This document shows, in pieces, positions 59,410 to 64,000 of a DNA stretch of 64,000 nucleotides. Both the position numbers and the translations under genes were made by a program. Source of the stretch: an uncultured Gemmatimonadales bacterium (GTDB taxonomy: Bacteria; Gemmatimonadota; Gemmatimonadetes; Longimicrobiales; Longimicrobiaceae); assembly GCA_963716255.1 (NCBI GenBank), contig OY970303.1, forward strand, positions 4,448,001 to 4,512,000. The letters are read 5' to 3'. The notes beneath the pieces were generated by a model. It did no database searches and had not been told where the DNA came from. It saw nothing but the letters and a program-made list of their open reading frames with translations. The stretch's first letter is position 1. Every line of letters begins with the position of its first letter.

Positions 59410-60731
59410 TAGCAGTGTATGCGCGGGTGAAGGCTGCCTGCGCCCGCGCATACCTTCAATTTCCGGACAAGTACACTCGCAAGCGCGTCCGCGGCCTCGT
59501 AGACCTCCGGGTGATCCTTCGGGATGCTGTAAGCCACCTCCTCGGGCAGCCTTCTCTCAGACCCGAGCCGAAGAAGGTGGTCAGCCTGCGCCCTTACCTC
59601 CTCTTGCTTTCGCTTGCAAGCAAGGTCCCGGCTCAGCGAGGCAGAGAGTTCTACCCTCTCCCAATCCTCAAGGTAAGCGGCTCCATAGGCCAGGTTCAGA
59701 AGCGCGTACGATGCACATTCGACGCTTGGATCTGAGTCGATGATCTCCCAGGTATCGACCCAGGCGCGCGCAAACGCCAGCCAGTGCCTGGCTCCTCCAG
59801 CGGCGCGAGCGATGCTTCCCAGAACCTGAAGCCGCTCGGAGGGACGGGCGATGTGCATTGCTATAGCTTGAAAGACCAGAAGCGATCGGGCGAAGAAACC
59901 CTGCGCAAGCCAAAAGCCTGCGACATCGTGCGCGAGCACGGGAAGCCTGTTGTGCGAGGCTCCGTAGGCTGTGACTGTTTTCCGGGCAAGGTGCTCGGCC
60001 TCAAGGATCCTTCCCGCTTCGACTGAGACGCCGAAGAGGTCATGAAGGGCTTCTGCGCGAACATCACGAAGCCCTGCCCTCCGGGCCCGCTGAAAGGCTC
60101 TGGTGAAAGCTTTCTCTGCCTGCACGTAATCGCCACGTGACAGAAGCAGGTGCCCTATGCCCATCCAGGCCCGTGCAAACGACCGGGAATCCTTTGAGCG
60201 CCTGGCCAGGCCGAGTGCCCGTCTGTACCAGGTTTCAGCACGGCCAGCCTGGCCACTTCTTCGGCAGAGCCTACCGACCAGGAAGGCGTATTCCGCATTC
60301 TCCGGAAGTAGAAGAGCGGCAGCCTGTCCAAAGGAAATTGCAGTGTTCGGAAGCCTGTTTCCATCAGCCCAGTGCGAGACCCGAAGCGCCGTGGAAGCCA
60401 GGTCCTCAACCGTCATCTTGTGCCCGTGCCTGAGGACTTCCGAGAGAATCATCAGTTGAGGCCGGAGAGAATCATCCATCTCAGCCCGCATCAGCTCGTC
60501 CAATACCCTCCTGTGCGCTCGCGCTGAAAAAGGGCTGCCATTCTCTGAACCGGAAAGCTTGGACCACAGGGTCAGGTCACGAACAGCTCTCAAGAGGAAC
60601 ACGCTTACCGGACTGGCTACCTCGGAAACGATCAGGAAACCTTCAAACGGCTCCCCTGCGCTCAGGAGTGCCGGAGGAGGGGTCTGGGTACGGCCGGAGC
60701 GCGGTTTTTCGCGAGAGTTGCGCTTGGGCAT
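59409..60731 (-). CDS. TPR protein, putative peptide receptor (paralog 2)
   Basis: ALHDLF, AYGASH..P.LAHDVAGFWLAQG; co-linear with 47692-49005; lower GC; start inferred from paralog. Confidence 0.85.
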   Translation of the reverse strand: MPKRNSREKPRSGRTQTPPPALLSAGEPFEGFLIVSEVASPVSVFLLRAVRDLTLWSKLSGSENGSPFSARAHRRVLDELMRAEMDDSLRPQLMILSEVLRHGHKMTVEDLASTALRVSHWADGNRLPNTAISFGQAAALLLPENAEYAFLVGRLCRRSGQAGRAETWYRRALGLARRSKDSRSFARAWMGIGHLLLSRGDYVQAEKAFTRAFQRARRAGLRDVRAEALHDLFGVSVEAGRILEAEHLARKTVTAYGASHNRLPVLAHDVAGFWLAQGFFARSLLVFQAIAMHIARPSERLQVLGSIARAAGGARHWLAFARAWVDTWEIIDSDPSVECASYALLNLAYGAAYLEDWERVELSASLSRDLACKRKQEEVRAQADHLLRLGSERRLPEEVAYSIPKDHPEVYEAADALASVLVRKLKVCAGAGSLHPRIHC

Positions 60732-61105
60732 CAGCGGTTCTGATCGATTGCGGTAGCCGTACTTCCCGCATGGGCCCTCGACCGCATGAGAAGGGTATAT
60801 ATTCGTGCTGTTTACTACCGTCAACAAAATCGCAGAAGTAGGCCAAGATGGGTACGAAATCCCGAACCTGTCACTAAAGGGTTGTTCCGTTCCGATGCGC
60901 TTTCTTATTCCGTACTGATACGGCAATGACCGCGACGCGAGGTGACGGAACTATCGGCTACAATGTCTGAGAGACGAACGGTCTCTGGAGGCATCGTCGG
61001 AAGCCTCCTCGGTTGCTTTCGCCGAAGGGAGGTAGGTACATCTCGAATCGCAACGGCGGAGCGGCACGCGCCGCTCCGCCGTTCGGTTTTGCCGCCTCCG
61101 CTGCG

Positions 61106-61594
61106 TCAGGCGCCGCCCGCTTCCGGCCGGCGCAGCATGAAGTTGGTGGCGGTGACGGTCATCACGGCCTCGCGGCGCTGGTTCAGCACCTCCACGCGCG
61201 AGCGGACGATGCCGCGGTCGGGGCGGGAGCGCGAGGGCCGGGCGTCCAGCACGGCCACGCGGATGGACAGCTCGTCGCCGGGGCGCACGGGGAGCAGCCA
61301 GCGCACCTCGTCCACGCCGGGCGACACCAGCGTCGCCACGCGCGACAGGTAGTGGTCCGCGTACAGGCGCATCATCAGCGCGGCGGTGTGCCAGCCGCTG
61401 GCGATCAGGCCGCCGTACTCCGTGTCGCGCGCCGTCTCGTGGCTGGTGTGGAAGGGCTGCGGATCGAAGCGGCGCCCGAAGGCGAGCACCTCGTCCTCCT
61501 CCACCCGGATGGAGCCGAACTCGTGGACCGCACCCGGCTCGTAGTCGTCGAGCCAGCGGTCCTCCGGCGGGACTCGGAAGCCGCCCGCGCTCAC
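61106..61594 (-). CDS. MaoC-family dehydratase
   Basis: FDPQPFH, GLIASGWHT, PVRPGD. Confidence 0.9.
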   Translation of the reverse strand: MSAGGFRVPPEDRWLDDYEPGAVHEFGSIRVEEDEVLAFGRRFDPQPFHTSHETARDTEYGGLIASGWHTAALMMRLYADHYLSRVATLVSPGVDEVRWLLPVRPGDELSIRVAVLDARPSRSRPDRGIVRSRVEVLNQRREAVMTVTATNFMLRRPEAGGA

Positions 61595-61776
61595 GCGGCG
61601 GCCCGTCGGCGGGGCGGGGAAGCGGTCATCGGCCGGGCGCGGCGGGAGTGGAGTGCGACGGCGGAACGGGGGGAGGATGCACCGGGGAAGGGGGCGCGGC
61701 AAGAGCAGGGGGAAAACACCAGGGCCCCCGGAGCGTTCCGGGGGCCCTTCCTGTCAGCGGTCCGCTGCCCGGCCCG

Positions 61777-62058
61777 TCACGCCACGGCGCGGCGGATCAC
61801 GTCGTGCCAGGCGCGGCCCAGGTGGTCCACGCCGAGCCGCTCCTCGCAGAAGCCGCCCGAGCGGAGCATCTGCTGGACGACCCGCCCGACGATGGAGTCG
61901 AGCGCGCCCAGCGCGTCCACCCGGATCACCTCCCGGAACTGCTCCTGCACGTCGTCCGAGAGCTCCCGGCGAAGGTACTCCGCCGCCTCGTCGCGGGGAT
62001 CGCCGGCCGCCACCGCAGCCGGAACGATCCGGACCGCTTCCTCACGAAACTGTGCCAT
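61777..62058 (-). CDS. small hypothetical protein (93 aa)
   Basis: GGAGG RBS; hairpin at 61721-61749 downstream. Confidence 0.6.
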   Translation of the reverse strand: MAQFREEAVRIVPAAVAAGDPRDEAAEYLRRELSDDVQEQFREVIRVDALGALDSIVGRVVQQMLRSGGFCEERLGVDHLGRAWHDVIRRAVA

Positions 62059-62362
62059 GGTCTTTCCTCCGGTCCACTGGAGTGTGAGACGGGGATCTGC
62101 GTCCCCACCCGCCTCCACTGTCAGATGCGTGCCACGGCGACGGCGGCGAAAGGCAAGTCGGAAAAGGGCTTGCATGCTGGATAAACGTTTGGGGCGTCCC
62201 CCGGCGGGCACGCAGGGTGTCCAGCTTTTGCCACAGGTCCGGGCATTCTGCGCCCCACCGGCCGCCGCGGAGTTGCCCTTTGCGCCGGCGCCGCGTACCC
62301 TTCCGGGAGCCGCCCGGCGCCCCCGGGACGCCTGCACGCACCCGCACGCGAGGACCCAGAGG

Positions 62363-62785
62363 ATGGAGGTGTTCACCGAGGAGTGGGGCCGGGCCTGCTG
62401 CGACGAGATGAACCGGCGCGAGGCGTACCGCGCCGCCGCGGCGGAGTGGGAGGGCGCCGTGGTCCTGGTGATGGAGCGCGACCCGGCGCTGGGCGTGGAG
62501 GAGGAGCGCGCGTTCCTGCTGGACCTGCACCGGGGCGAGTGCCGCGGTACCCGCACCGCCACCGCGGACGACCTGGCGCAGGCCCCCTACGTGATGCGCG
62601 CCGCCCCGGCGGTCTGGCGGCACGTCCTGGATGGCGAGCTGGACCCCATCACAGCCGTGATGACCGGCAGGCTGCGGCTTGCGCGGGGGAGCCTGTTCTC
62701 GCTGGCGCGCTACACCGCCGCGGCGCGCGAGATGGTGGCCGCCGCCGCGGCCGTGCAGGCCGACTACCCGCCCGCGCGCCTCTGA
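62363..62785 (+). CDS. SCP2 sterol-binding domain protein
   Basis: F..EW, LDPITAVMTGRLRL. Confidence 0.85.
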   Translation: MEVFTEEWGRACCDEMNRREAYRAAAAEWEGAVVLVMERDPALGVEEERAFLLDLHRGECRGTRTATADDLAQAPYVMRAAPAVWRHVLDGELDPITAVMTGRLRLARGSLFSLARYTAAAREMVAAAAAVQADYPPARL

Positions 62786-62822
62786 AGGCACGCGACCCCG
62801 GCCCCTCCGACCGAGGACGAAC

Positions 62823-63353
62823 ATGGAAGACACGGCACCCCGTCCCCTCGCCTGCCCCCGCTGCCAGGTGCCCCTGACCTGCGCGGGAACCAAGAACTTC
62901 CACGAGGGCTCGGCCATCTGGGACCTGATGGGCGGCGTGTTCAAGAACCGCGTAGCGCTGGACGCGTACTTCTGCCCGAGGTGCGGCCGCGCCGAGTTCT
63001 TCGTGGCCGGCGTGGGTGAGGACCTGAGAGGACCGCGCACGCCCGACGACGGCGTCGACGACGACGCGGTCCCGCTGAGCCTCGCCGTACTCGATCCGGC
63101 CACGGACGAAGTCGAAGACGAAGGCGCGGGCGAGGACGAAACCCACCTTCCCGAGTGGGACTGCGCTTCCTGCGGCGAGGCCGTGCCGGGGAACTTCGCG
63201 GCGTGCTGGAACTGCAGTGCGCCTCGCCCGTCCGGGCACGGCATGTTCGCCTCCCCCGGGTGGGACTGTCCCGGCTGCGGCGAGGTCGTGCGGGGCTACT
63301 TCACCAAGTGCTGGAAGTGCCACACCAGCCGTCCCCCGGCTCCCCCCGCGTAG
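62823..63353 (+). CDS. multi zinc-ribbon protein
   Basis: CPRC x2, then two W.C..CGE......CW.C (RanBP2-like) units. Confidence 0.75.
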   Translation: MEDTAPRPLACPRCQVPLTCAGTKNFHEGSAIWDLMGGVFKNRVALDAYFCPRCGRAEFFVAGVGEDLRGPRTPDDGVDDDAVPLSLAVLDPATDEVEDEGAGEDETHLPEWDCASCGEAVPGNFAACWNCSAPRPSGHGMFASPGWDCPGCGEVVRGYFTKCWKCHTSRPPAPPA

Positions 63354-63392
63354 CGCGGTCCCGCCTTCCCGCCTCCACCACCCGAAGAATCG

Positions 63393-63956
63393 ATGACCGG
63401 ACCCGCCGGGGCGCCTGCTCCGCCCAGCTACTGCGACGCCGCGTCGCACCCCGTCCACGGCCCGTACCACGACCACGAGTACGGCTTTCCCGTGCGCGGC
63501 GACGACGCCCTGTTCGAGCGGCTGGTGCTGGAGATCAACCAGGCGGGGCTGTCGTGGCTCACCATCCTCAACAAGCGCGAGGGCTTCCGCCGGGCGTACG
63601 ACGGCTTCGCGCTGGAAAAGGTGGCCGCCTACGGCGACGCCGACCGCGCCCGCCTCCTGGCCGACGCGGGGATCATCCGCAACCGGCTCAAGGTGAACGC
63701 CGCCGTCGAGAACGCCGGACGCATCCTCCGCCTGCGCGACGAGCACGGCTCCTTCGCGGCGTGGCTGGACGCCCACCACCCGCTCTCCCGGGCGGAGTGG
63801 CAGAAGCTGTTCAAGCGGACCTTCGTCTTCACCGGCGGGGAGATCGTGGGCGAGTTCCTGCTCAGCACCGGCTACCTGCCGGGTGCGCACCGCGAGAGCT
63901 GCCCCGCGTACGCGCGGGCGCTGGCGGCCGGGCCCGCCTGGTCGCGGGGCCCGTAG
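63393..63956 (+). CDS. tag: DNA-3-methyladenine glycosylase I
   Basis: YHDHEYG, LEINQAGLSW..IL.KR, IIRNRLK, H...C. Confidence 0.92.
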   Translation: MTGPAGAPAPPSYCDAASHPVHGPYHDHEYGFPVRGDDALFERLVLEINQAGLSWLTILNKREGFRRAYDGFALEKVAAYGDADRARLLADAGIIRNRLKVNAAVENAGRILRLRDEHGSFAAWLDAHHPLSRAEWQKLFKRTFVFTGGEIVGEFLLSTGYLPGAHRESCPAYARALAAGPAWSRGP

Positions 63957-64000
63957 AAGGCAGGGCGATGATGCGGAACGGCCGCGCCCGCCCCGGACGG

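Noticed and set aside
60732..60926. Extended N-terminus of TPR paralog 2 (505-aa ORF)
   Set aside because: Paralog 1 aligns from about Met 60731; upstream sequence is AT-rich and promoter-like.

Overview
High-GC (~70%+) bacterial chromosomal window. Gene content (futalosine pathway mqnB/mqnD, BamA/PD40/peptidase fusion, many lipoproteins, sigma-54 promoters) suggests a Gemmatimonadota (Longimicrobium-like) genome; this is inference. It holds about 57 mostly housekeeping or envelope CDSs, two apparently identical inverted IS630 copies, a 296-bp MITE-like insert and three families of dispersed structured intergenic repeats. No rRNA, tRNA or CRISPR was seen. Best candidate novel system: two paralogous cassettes, each an HTH-less ~440-aa TPR protein convergent with a tiny lipoprotein-signal peptide ending in a conserved R/K..GGxx(x)IGSG[NT] core (duplicated in one copy). 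This resembles Rap/Phr (RRNPP)-type peptide signalling in a diderm, or an unknown RiPP-like system. Also notable: a secreted 6-Cys peptide/beta-propeller/thioredoxin-like cassette, a covarying ~130-nt multi-hairpin repeat in 9 copies, a variant photoactive yellow protein and a five-site cupredoxin operon with a sigma-54-type promoter.
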